64,000 nucleotides of DNA from Marinifilaceae bacterium (GTDB taxonomy: Bacteria > Bacteroidota > Bacteroidia > Bacteroidales > Marinifilaceae), in NCBI GenBank assembly GCA_031553705.1, contig JAVBLD010000033.1, positions 10,054 through 74,053 on the forward strand, in the 5' to 3' direction. Under the pieces are notes generated by a model. The model searched no databases. It saw only the letters and a program-made list of their open reading frames with translations, and was not told the origin of the DNA. The stretch's first letter is position 1, and each line of letters opens with the position of its first letter. Shown piece by piece: positions 57,004-64,000 of this stretch. A program made the translations under genes and the position numbers.

Positions 57004-60000
57004 ATGGTTATAGTTTTTTATCAGAAGCATTCAACGGTGTATACCGTACAGTATAAGATATCGGAACATCCGCTTGATGTGAGCAAATTGGAGTGGCTTT
57101 TCGGCGGAGCAAAAAGAATGAAGAAATCTTCATTGGAAGGATATTTTATCGGTCCGAGGAGAGAGATGGTGACGCCGTGGAGTACGAATGCGGTTGAGAT
57201 TACTCAAAATAGCAGTATTGAAGGAATCTTGCGTATAGAGGAGTTCACAAAGGTCGATAGCGAAAAGGCACTTTTTGATCCGATGCTACAGGCTTTATAC
57301 AAAGGTTTGGGCCCTGATATTTTTACGATTGATAAAAAACCGGATGCCGTTCTTTATATTGATGATATAAAGGCTTATAATAAGCAGGAAGGGTTGGCAT
57401 TAAACGAAGATGAAGTGGCTTATCTGGAAGGATTAGTCAAAAAATTGGGAAGAAAACTGACCGATTCGGAGGTATTCGGTTTTTCACAGGTGAATTCCGA
57501 ACATTGTCGCCATAAGATTTTTAACGGACGCTTTATTATCGACGGCGAAGAGAAAGAGTGCAGTTTGTTTGGCTTGATCAAATATACCTCCAAGGAGCAT
57601 CCCAATCGGATTATTTCTGCATATAAAGATAATTGTGCCTTTATTGGAGGTCCCCGGATTATGCAATTTGCTCCGAAAAGCCCGGATAAACCGGATTACT
57701 TTACGACAAAAGAGATCGATACGGTGATCTCATTAAAGGCGGAGACACATAATTTTCCTACGACCGTAGAACCGTTTAATGGTGCTGCAACTGGTACCGG
57801 AGGTGAAATACGCGATCGTATCGCCGGAGGACAGGGATCCTTACCGATAGCCGGAACAGCCGTATATATGACCTCCTATCCGCGACTTGATGCAGATCGC
57901 CAATGGGAGCAGCGAATTGATCCGAGAAGATGGTTATACCAGACACCTGAAGATATATTGATTAAAGCCTCGAACGGAGCTTCCGATTTTGGAAATAAAT
58001 TCGGCCAACCCTTAATATGCGGTTCTTTATTAACCTTTGAACACCAGGAATATAGTAAGACCTACGGCTATGACAAAGTGATCATGCTGGCCGGAGGGGT
58101 AGGCTTCGGGAATCGCGAACAGGCAATGAAAGCGACGCCTGAGGCTGGAGATAAGGTAGTACTTCTTGGAGGTGATAACTATCGTATCGGTATGGGAGGA
58201 GGGGCAGTATCTTCGGTAGACACCGGGGTATATGCCAATGCGATTGAGTTGAATGCCGTACAGCGCTCTAATCCGGAGATGCAGAGACGGGTTTACAATG
58301 CGATCCGTTCGATGACTGAAAGTAACAATAATCCGATTATATCAATCCATGATCATGGTGCCGGCGGGCATTTGAACTGTTTATCCGAGCTGGTGGAGGA
58401 GACCGGCGGAATGATTCATATTGATAAGTTGCCGGTGGGCGATCCGACATTGTCGGCTAAAGAGATCATCGGTAATGAATCGCAGGAGCGTATGGGATTG
58501 GTATTGGACGAAAAGGATGTAGCCGCCTTGCAGCGGGTGGCTGACCGGGAACGTGCACCGATGTATGTAATTGGTGAGGCGACAGGCGATCACCGTTTTA
58601 CATTTGAGAATGCCAATAGCGGAGAGCGCCCGATCGATCTGGAGCTGAAGGATATGTTCGGAAACCCGCCTAAAACGATCATGGAGGATAAGACGGTAAA
58701 AGAGAAATATACCGATATCGAGTATGATGAGGCCCGGTTGGAGGAGTATATCGAACAGGTTATACAAATCGAAGGGGTAGCTTGCAAGGATTGGTTGACT
58801 AATAAGGTGGACCGTTCCGTATCCGGCCGGGTGGCTCGCCAGCAATGTGCAGGTCCGCTACAGTTGCCGTTAAGCGATGTAGCCGTAGTAGCCATGGATT
58901 ATTGTGGAAACAAAGGGATAGCTACTTCTATCGGGCATGCACCTGTTGCGGCCATGGCAAATGCGGCAAACGGTTCCCGATTGGCTATTGCGGAAGCCTT
59001 GACCAATGTCGTTTGGGCTCCGATAGAGAAAGGAATAGAAGGTATATCCTTGTCAGCCAACTGGATGTGGCCATGTCGGAATGCCGGTGAAGATGCCCGT
59101 TTATACGAAGCCGTACAGGCTGCCAGTGATTTTGCGGTGGCATTGGGAATTAATATCCCGACCGGAAAAGACTCGCTTTCAATGACGCAGAAATATGGAG
59201 ATAAAAAAGTATATGCTCCCGGAACTGTGATTATCTCTACGGTAGGAGAGGTAAAAAATATCCGGCAGGTTGTTTCGCCGGTATTAAAACCTGATACGGC
59301 TACCGAGCTGGTTTATATTGACTTCTCATTTGATGCGATGAAACTGGGAGGTTCCAGTTTTGCTCAGATTTTAAATAAAATAGGTAAGGAAACACCCGAT
59401 GTGAAAGACAGTGCCTATTTCGTTGCTGCATTTACAGCTGTTCAGCAGTTGATAGAAGGGAACCACATTCTCGCCGGCCATGATATTTCTGCCGGAGGAA
59501 TGATTACCACACTGCTGGAAATGTGTTTTGCCGATAACCGGTTAGGGTTGGATATCGATCTTTCATTCATAGCGGAAAAAGATATCGTTAAGATCCTGTT
59601 TGCTGAAAATCCGGGTGTGGTCATCCAGATCCCGGATATGGCAGCGAAACAGGTTGCCACCATTCTGGAAAAAGCAGGAGTTGTTTACGGTTTTCTGGGT
59701 AAGCCAGGAAAATCCGGGGTGATGCATATCCGGAAGAAAGATATGGTTTGGAACCTTGATATAGCTTCTCTCCGGGATTTGTGGTTTAAGACTTCCTATC
59801 TGTTGGATCGCAAGCAAAGCGGAGAGAAACAGGCTTTGGAAAGATATAAAAACTATAAACGGAATGAACTGAAATATAAATTCCCGAAAGGTTATAGCGG
59901 AAAACTGGCGGATATGGGGCTGGATAACCGGCGCATAACCGGGTCGGGTATAAAGGCGGCGATTATCCGTGAGAAGGGATGCCAATGTGACAGGGAGCTG

Positions 60001-60711
60001 GCTTGGGCGTTACACTTGGCCGGCTTTGATGTAAAAGACGTACACATGACCGACTTGATTTCGGGACGTGAAACGTTGGAAGAGGTAAATCTGATTGCAT
60101 TTGTCGGTGGATTTTCAAATTCTGATGTACTGGGTTCGGCAAAAGGTTGGGCCGGAGCTTTCAAATATAATGAAAAAGCCCGAGTTGCTCTCGAACGTTT
60201 CTACAAGCGGAGCGATACTCTAAGCATAGGTGTCTGCAACGGGTGCCAATTGATGACCGAACTGGGATTGATTTATCCGGAGCACAAAGAGATGCCGAAA
60301 ATGCTCCATAATGATTCGTGTAAATTTGAATCGGGATTTGTATCGGTGGCGATCGAGCCGGGTAATTCGATTATGTTGGGATCATTGGCCGGTAGCCACT
60401 TGGGAATCTGGATTGCACATGGTGAAGGTAAATTCCGGTTGCCATACAATGAAAATGAATATACTATTCCGTTGAGGTATGTTTATGACCGCTATCCGGC
60501 TAACCCGAATGGTTCTCCCGGAGCCGCTGCTGCCATTTGTAGCAAAGATGGCCGACATTTGGCTATGATGCCTCACCTGGAACGGTCTATCCACCCATGG
60601 AATTGGGCATACTATGCGGAGGGACGTGAAACGGATGAGGTAACCCCTTGGATCGAAGCATTTATCAATGCACGGAAATGGATAAGTGATAAATTGGGAG
60701 AAACAAAATAG
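57004..60711 (+). CDS. purL: phosphoribosylformylglycinamidine synthase, single-chain large type
   Basis: 1235 aa with PWSTNAVEI, SEHCRHK, ETHNFPT..EPF.GA.TG.GG.IRD and a C-terminal glutaminase domain with GVCNGCQ. Confidence 0.97.
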   Translation: MVIVFYQKHSTVYTVQYKISEHPLDVSKLEWLFGGAKRMKKSSLEGYFIGPRREMVTPWSTNAVEITQNSSIEGILRIEEFTKVDSEKALFDPMLQALYKGLGPDIFTIDKKPDAVLYIDDIKAYNKQEGLALNEDEVAYLEGLVKKLGRKLTDSEVFGFSQVNSEHCRHKIFNGRFIIDGEEKECSLFGLIKYTSKEHPNRIISAYKDNCAFIGGPRIMQFAPKSPDKPDYFTTKEIDTVISLKAETHNFPTTVEPFNGAATGTGGEIRDRIAGGQGSLPIAGTAVYMTSYPRLDADRQWEQRIDPRRWLYQTPEDILIKASNGASDFGNKFGQPLICGSLLTFEHQEYSKTYGYDKVIMLAGGVGFGNREQAMKATPEAGDKVVLLGGDNYRIGMGGGAVSSVDTGVYANAIELNAVQRSNPEMQRRVYNAIRSMTESNNNPIISIHDHGAGGHLNCLSELVEETGGMIHIDKLPVGDPTLSAKEIIGNESQERMGLVLDEKDVAALQRVADRERAPMYVIGEATGDHRFTFENANSGERPIDLELKDMFGNPPKTIMEDKTVKEKYTDIEYDEARLEEYIEQVIQIEGVACKDWLTNKVDRSVSGRVARQQCAGPLQLPLSDVAVVAMDYCGNKGIATSIGHAPVAAMANAANGSRLAIAEALTNVVWAPIEKGIEGISLSANWMWPCRNAGEDARLYEAVQAASDFAVALGINIPTGKDSLSMTQKYGDKKVYAPGTVIISTVGEVKNIRQVVSPVLKPDTATELVYIDFSFDAMKLGGSSFAQILNKIGKETPDVKDSAYFVAAFTAVQQLIEGNHILAGHDISAGGMITTLLEMCFADNRLGLDIDLSFIAEKDIVKILFAENPGVVIQIPDMAAKQVATILEKAGVVYGFLGKPGKSGVMHIRKKDMVWNLDIASLRDLWFKTSYLLDRKQSGEKQALERYKNYKRNELKYKFPKGYSGKLADMGLDNRRITGSGIKAAIIREKGCQCDRELAWALHLAGFDVKDVHMTDLISGRETLEEVNLIAFVGGFSNSDVLGSAKGWAGAFKYNEKARVALERFYKRSDTLSIGVCNGCQLMTELGLIYPEHKEMPKMLHNDSCKFESGFVSVAIEPGNSIMLGSLAGSHLGIWIAHGEGKFRLPYNENEYTIPLRYVYDRYPANPNGSPGAAAAICSKDGRHLAMMPHLERSIHPWNWAYYAEGRETDEVTPWIEAFINARKWISDKLGETK

Positions 60712-60774
60712 AAAATGGAGAAAAACAGGAGGGAAGCATGAAAAGGACCAGAAATATAATTTAAAATTATTAGG

Positions 60775-61989
60775 ATGGATATTGTTCATTTGTTGGAAGA
60801 ATGGGGGATAGAGATCGGATCGTCCGGTTTGGCGCTTTTTTTGCAATTGGTTTTCCAACTTTTTGTTATTGCTGTCATTGCATGGATTATCTATACTATT
60901 ATTAGAAAATTTCTTTCACGGATTGTTCGAAAAATTGCAGGATATACTAATACTCAATGGGACGATATCTTATTTGACCAACGTTTCTTTAACAAGTTGG
61001 CCTATGTTATTGTTCCGATTGCTGTAGATATTGCTATTGCCGGTATTGAATGGAAATATATAGGTTATATTCAGCGCTTTGTGGAGATATGGATTGCGAT
61101 TGCATTTCTATTGTTTTTCACAAATATATTGGACGGAATCAATCGTGTTTACCAGAGTTATCTGATTTCAAAGCAACGGCCTATACAAGTATTTATACAG
61201 GTGATAAAGATTATATTATATTGTATTACAATTATCATTGTAGTCAGTATCATGGTAGGAAAGTCTCCTGAAAACCTGCTTGTAGGACTTAGTGCTTTTG
61301 CCGCGGTATTGATGTTGATTTTTAAAGATTCGATCCTTGGGTTTGTGGCAGGTATACAGCTGATATCCAATAACATGGTGCGTATCGGTGATTGGATTGT
61401 GATGCCTAACAGCAATGCAGACGGAGAGGTGTTGGAGATTAATCTGATTACGGTAAAGGTACAAAACTGGGATAAAACAATTTCGACTATTCCTACCTAT
61501 AAATTGGTATCGGAATCATTCACAAACTGGCGGGGGATGCAAGAATCGGAGGGACGAAGGATTAAAAGGGCGGTTAATATTGATATCAATTCGATCCATT
61601 ACCTGAGCAATGAAGAGCTTGAGCAATTAAAGCAGTCCAGTCTTTTACGGGATTATATCAATGGAAAACTGGATGAAATAAAACGGTTTAATGAAAACAG
61701 GGAGCATTTGCTGGACGAACGCCGGTTGACGAACATCGGTACTTTTCGCGAATATATGGAGCTATGGTTGAATTCCAATCCGGATATAAACCTGGATATG
61801 ACCCACATGGTGAGGCAACTACAGCCTGGACCAGCAGGAGTACCCATTGAGATCTATTGTTTTTCGGCCAAACAAAAATGGATCGAATACGAACGGGTAC
61901 AAGCGGATATTTTTGATCATCTTTTTGCAGTGATCCCGCTTTTTAATTTGAGGATATTCCAATATTCCGGCAACTGCTTGAACGAATAG
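60775..61989 (+). CDS. mechanosensitive ion channel, MscS family
   Basis: N-terminal TM helices followed by IRIGDWIVMPNSNADGEVLEINLITVKVQNWDKTISTIP. Confidence 0.85.
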   Translation: MDIVHLLEEWGIEIGSSGLALFLQLVFQLFVIAVIAWIIYTIIRKFLSRIVRKIAGYTNTQWDDILFDQRFFNKLAYVIVPIAVDIAIAGIEWKYIGYIQRFVEIWIAIAFLLFFTNILDGINRVYQSYLISKQRPIQVFIQVIKIILYCITIIIVVSIMVGKSPENLLVGLSAFAAVLMLIFKDSILGFVAGIQLISNNMVRIGDWIVMPNSNADGEVLEINLITVKVQNWDKTISTIPTYKLVSESFTNWRGMQESEGRRIKRAVNIDINSIHYLSNEELEQLKQSSLLRDYINGKLDEIKRFNENREHLLDERRLTNIGTFREYMELWLNSNPDINLDMTHMVRQLQPGPAGVPIEIYCFSAKQKWIEYERVQADIFDHLFAVIPLFNLRIFQYSGNCLNE

Positions 61990-62038
61990 TTCGTATAGTT
62001 TTTATTTGAGGTTAGCGGAATGAAGGAGATTAAAGTAT

Positions 62039-62242
62039 ATGAAACAGAAAAGTAAATTGAAAATCGGTTTGTCGGATTATATCAAAGCAAACCGGAAAAT
62101 TTCCAGGGAGGAAGAATTGTTGGAACATCGAAGGCCAGTGAGCTATCGTAAAGTACATGCCACTAAAAAACAATATAACAGGAAAAAAAATAAGGCAGAT
62201 CTAAATAAGGATCTGCCTTATTTTTCTGTTATTTTCCGGTAA
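62039..62242 (+). CDS. hypothetical small basic protein (doubtful; the ORF reads through a terminator hairpin)
   Basis: 67 aa and Lys/Arg-rich. The stop codon lies beyond the hairpin and T-run at 62190-62226. Confidence 0.3.
   Translation: MKQKSKLKIGLSDYIKANRKISREEELLEHRRPVSYRKVHATKKQYNRKKNKADLNKDLPYFSVIFR
62190..62226 (+). terminator. intrinsic terminator downstream of the MscS gene
   Basis: ATAAGGCAGATC (62190-62201) pairs with GATCTGCCTTAT (62210-62221) across an 8-nt loop, followed by TTTTT. Confidence 0.75.
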
Positions 62243-62389
62243 AAAGATTAAAACCTACATTTTTAACTAATCTTTTTCTTTTTTTTCCCCTTTCTCTAAC
62301 TTTGGATTTAAATTCTGAACAAAATAATTTGGGATTAAATAGTATATTATTATCTTTGTTTAGTCAAGAAAAGGTAGAAATTTGATGAA

Positions 62390-62770
62390 ATGAAAATAGT
62401 TTTATTTCGATATTTTTTTCTGGTAACACTATTATTCGCTTTCGGCTTGGGTGTTTTTGGGAATAGTATTTCTTTCAGGAATATGGATTGCAATATGGTC
62501 TATATTCAAGATTCTCAGTTCGATATATCTTATGCTAAGATCAGTCAACGGGGGGATAACGAATGGGGTATAAAAACCGCACCTCCGGATCTAGTGTCCA
62601 ACAGGAATAAAATGGAAACTCTGCTCCATCGGTCGGTTGTTGTTTCTACCCCTCGGCAAATTACGATAGAATTATCAATAGAACGACTAAACAGGAGTTA
62701 TAATGCATTTTGGGTTAATAGGTATACAACTTGTTTTTATATTTATTACCTATGTAAAATTGTTATATAG
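62390..62770 (+). CDS. hypothetical secreted protein (orphan ORF in an AT-rich spacer)
   Basis: A TATCTTTG box at 62351-62358 lies 31 nt upstream. Signal-like N-terminus MKIVLFRYFFLVTLLFAFGLGVFG. I recognise no family. Confidence 0.3.
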   Translation: MKIVLFRYFFLVTLLFAFGLGVFGNSISFRNMDCNMVYIQDSQFDISYAKISQRGDNEWGIKTAPPDLVSNRNKMETLLHRSVVVSTPRQITIELSIERLNRSYNAFWVNRYTTCFYIYYLCKIVI

Positions 62771-62944
62771 TATCTACTATAATAATAGGTATGTTAAATT
62801 ATTGTCTGGAAAATGAGTGTGTCATGTTCCAAAAAAATAATGGAATAACGTATATCAATGGAGTTTGGTTTATATCGTCATAGTATTGTTAAGAATGATG
62901 TTTAAATATTTTTTAATTTATAATTTTTAAGTAAAAAACTAATT

Positions 62945-63772
62945 ATGGAAAAGAGTGTAAATAAAAAAACTGGAGCGAAAAGAGGTACGAAAAAGAGTAT
63001 TGGAATTTCAGCACTTCCTATTATTCTTCTGTGTTTTGTATTAGCAGTAATCATATACCAATTTGTATATGGTAATCCGGCTAACTTTTTAAATAATGAC
63101 CCGAATAACCATCCTCTACCGGGAAATCTTTTGGGAACTATTTATAAAGGAGGGGTAATCGTGCCTATTATTCAAACGCTTTTGTTTACTGTGTTGACCT
63201 TAAGTGTGGAACGTTTTATTGCATTGCGTAAAGCCAAAGGTAAAAGAGATTTGCAACAATTTGTGACAAACGTGAAAGATGCATTGGACGAAGGTAATAT
63301 AGAAGAAGCCTATGCAATGTGCGACGAGCAAAAAGGTAGCGTGGCAAATGTAATCAAAACCTCTTTGAAAACTTATACGGAAGTGAGTGCAAATAGCCAA
63401 TTGACTAAAGAAGAAAGACAACTGGCTGTCCGTAAAGATTTGGAAGAAGCTACAATGCTGGAACTTCCGACAATGGAACAAAACTTATCCGTAATTGCAA
63501 CGATCACAACTTTAGGAACTTTGATGGGACTGTTAGGGACCGTAATCGGTATGATCAGGTCATTCGCGGCTCTGTCTTCTGCCGGTGGTACTGACTCTAT
63601 TGCGCTTTCTACCGGTATTTCCGAGGCGTTGGTAAACACAGCGTTTGGTATCGCAACCGGTGCTTGTGCAGTAATCGCTTATAACTTCTTTACAACAAAG
63701 ATTGACGGGATTACCCATAGCATTGACGAGGTGGGAGCTTACCTGGTGCAGACTTTTGCCGGGAAGAATTGA
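62945..63772 (+). CDS. exbB: MotA/TolQ/ExbB proton-channel family protein
   Basis: 275 aa with three TM segments. The C-terminal half, LGTLMGLLGTVIGMI.SF...........S.GISEAL..TA.G, is typical of ExbB/TolQ. Confidence 0.85.
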   Translation: MEKSVNKKTGAKRGTKKSIGISALPIILLCFVLAVIIYQFVYGNPANFLNNDPNNHPLPGNLLGTIYKGGVIVPIIQTLLFTVLTLSVERFIALRKAKGKRDLQQFVTNVKDALDEGNIEEAYAMCDEQKGSVANVIKTSLKTYTEVSANSQLTKEERQLAVRKDLEEATMLELPTMEQNLSVIATITTLGTLMGLLGTVIGMIRSFAALSSAGGTDSIALSTGISEALVNTAFGIATGACAVIAYNFFTTKIDGITHSIDEVGAYLVQTFAGKN

Positions 63773-63790
63773 TATTATCCTAGAATGAAT

Positions 63791-63824
63791 TTGTTATAAG
63801 CTTTTAAAAGCTTTAACATAACAA
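63791..63824. repeat. palindromic hairpin between exbB and exbD
   Basis: A perfect 16-bp palindrome AAGCTTTTAAAAGCTT (63798-63813), flanked by TTGTTAT (63791-63797) and ATAACAA (63818-63824). Confidence 0.7.
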
Positions 63825-63832
63825 AAGAAATT

Positions 63833-64000
63833 ATGAGTAAGAAGATAAAAAAGAAATCGACTTTTATTGATATGACTGCCATGAGTGACGTGACAGTCTT
63901 ACTGCTCACTTTCTTTATGCTGACCTCAACCTTTATTCAGAAAGAACCGGTAAAAGTCAGTCCGCCACAATCTGTTTCAGAGATAAAAATTCCTGAAACA
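63833..64000 (+). CDS. exbD: ExbD/TolR biopolymer transport protein (3' end lies outside the window)
   Basis: MSKKIKKKSTFIDMTAMSDVTVLLLTFFMLTSTF: a basic N-terminus, the conserved D in ..DMT.M.DV..LLL.FFM, and a single TM segment. Confidence 0.8.
   Translation, partial: MSKKIKKKSTFIDMTAMSDVTVLLLTFFMLTSTFIQKEPVKVSPPQSVSEIKIPET

Noticed and set aside
1-64000. Looked for rRNA, tRNA, CRISPR arrays, transposases/integrases, phage genes, toxin-antitoxin pairs or known defence-system components.
   Set aside because: Reading the intergenic regions and the translations by eye showed no tRNA-like T-arm (GGTTCGAATCC-type) outside coding sequence. There were no regularly spaced direct repeats, and no DDE/tyrosine-recombinase, nuclease-helicase or reverse-transcriptase-like ORFs. 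A tRNAscan/Infernal/defence-finder run would be needed to be certain.
62945-64000. MotA/ExbB-like plus ExbD-like pair considered as a Zorya-type (ZorAB) defence module.
   Set aside because: The ExbB-like protein is only 275 aa with the normal three-TM ExbB/TolQ layout, and there is no long ZorA-type tail. The next gene is a normal ExbD N-terminus. This is the usual Bacteroidota exbB-exbD(-tonB) cluster.

Overview
This 64 kb window looks like a core chromosomal segment of a Bacteroidota genome, probably Bacteroidales (Porphyromonadaceae/Dysgonomonadaceae-like), at roughly 40-45% GC by eye. Three things support that placement: many genes are preceded by the Bacteroides -7 promoter box TAnnTTTG, Shine-Dalgarno sequences are largely absent, and signal peptides typically end in ..KAQ/..AQ. 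The window is densely coding, mostly with housekeeping genes. In order these are: MBL hydrolase (3' end), mtnN-luxS, a small GNAT, a lipoprotein 5'-nucleotidase, a soluble PAS histidine kinase (-), an 869-aa secreted MG2/plug-like protein, a PEBP/YbhB protein, a second paralogous GAF/PAS histidine kinase, upp, secA, lgt, tkt (-), CYTH (-), an S9 peptidase (-), a secreted TIM-barrel-like enzyme, DUF169, CPBP protease and menA (-, overlapping), the nfeD-flotillin operon (-), ybaK / nucleoside deaminase / relA (-), a 1467-aa secreted protein of unknown function packed tightly with nth-lipA-lipB, an envelope cluster (CarboxypepD_reg protein, OstA-like, SurA-like PPIase, SurA-N-like), a DUF2339 + DUF3999-like pair (-), an M49-like metallopeptidase, an S9 peptidase, recA and bcp (all -), DUF4491, a PaaI thioesterase, purL, an MscS channel, and exbB-exbD (exbD truncated by the window end). 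I saw no rRNA, tRNA, CRISPR array, transposase, integrase or recognisable defence or toxin-antitoxin genes. I found no convincing new multi-gene system. The best candidates for a second look are the 1467-aa orphan protein heading the nth-lipAB operon, the DUF2339/DUF3999-like membrane pair, a 34-aa Lys/Glu-rich microprotein cassette with its own promoter and terminator, a perfect 23-bp inverted repeat just upstream of the 869-aa gene, and two paralogous orphan PAS kinases. All functional calls come from motif recognition by eye on the supplied translations; no database search was run.
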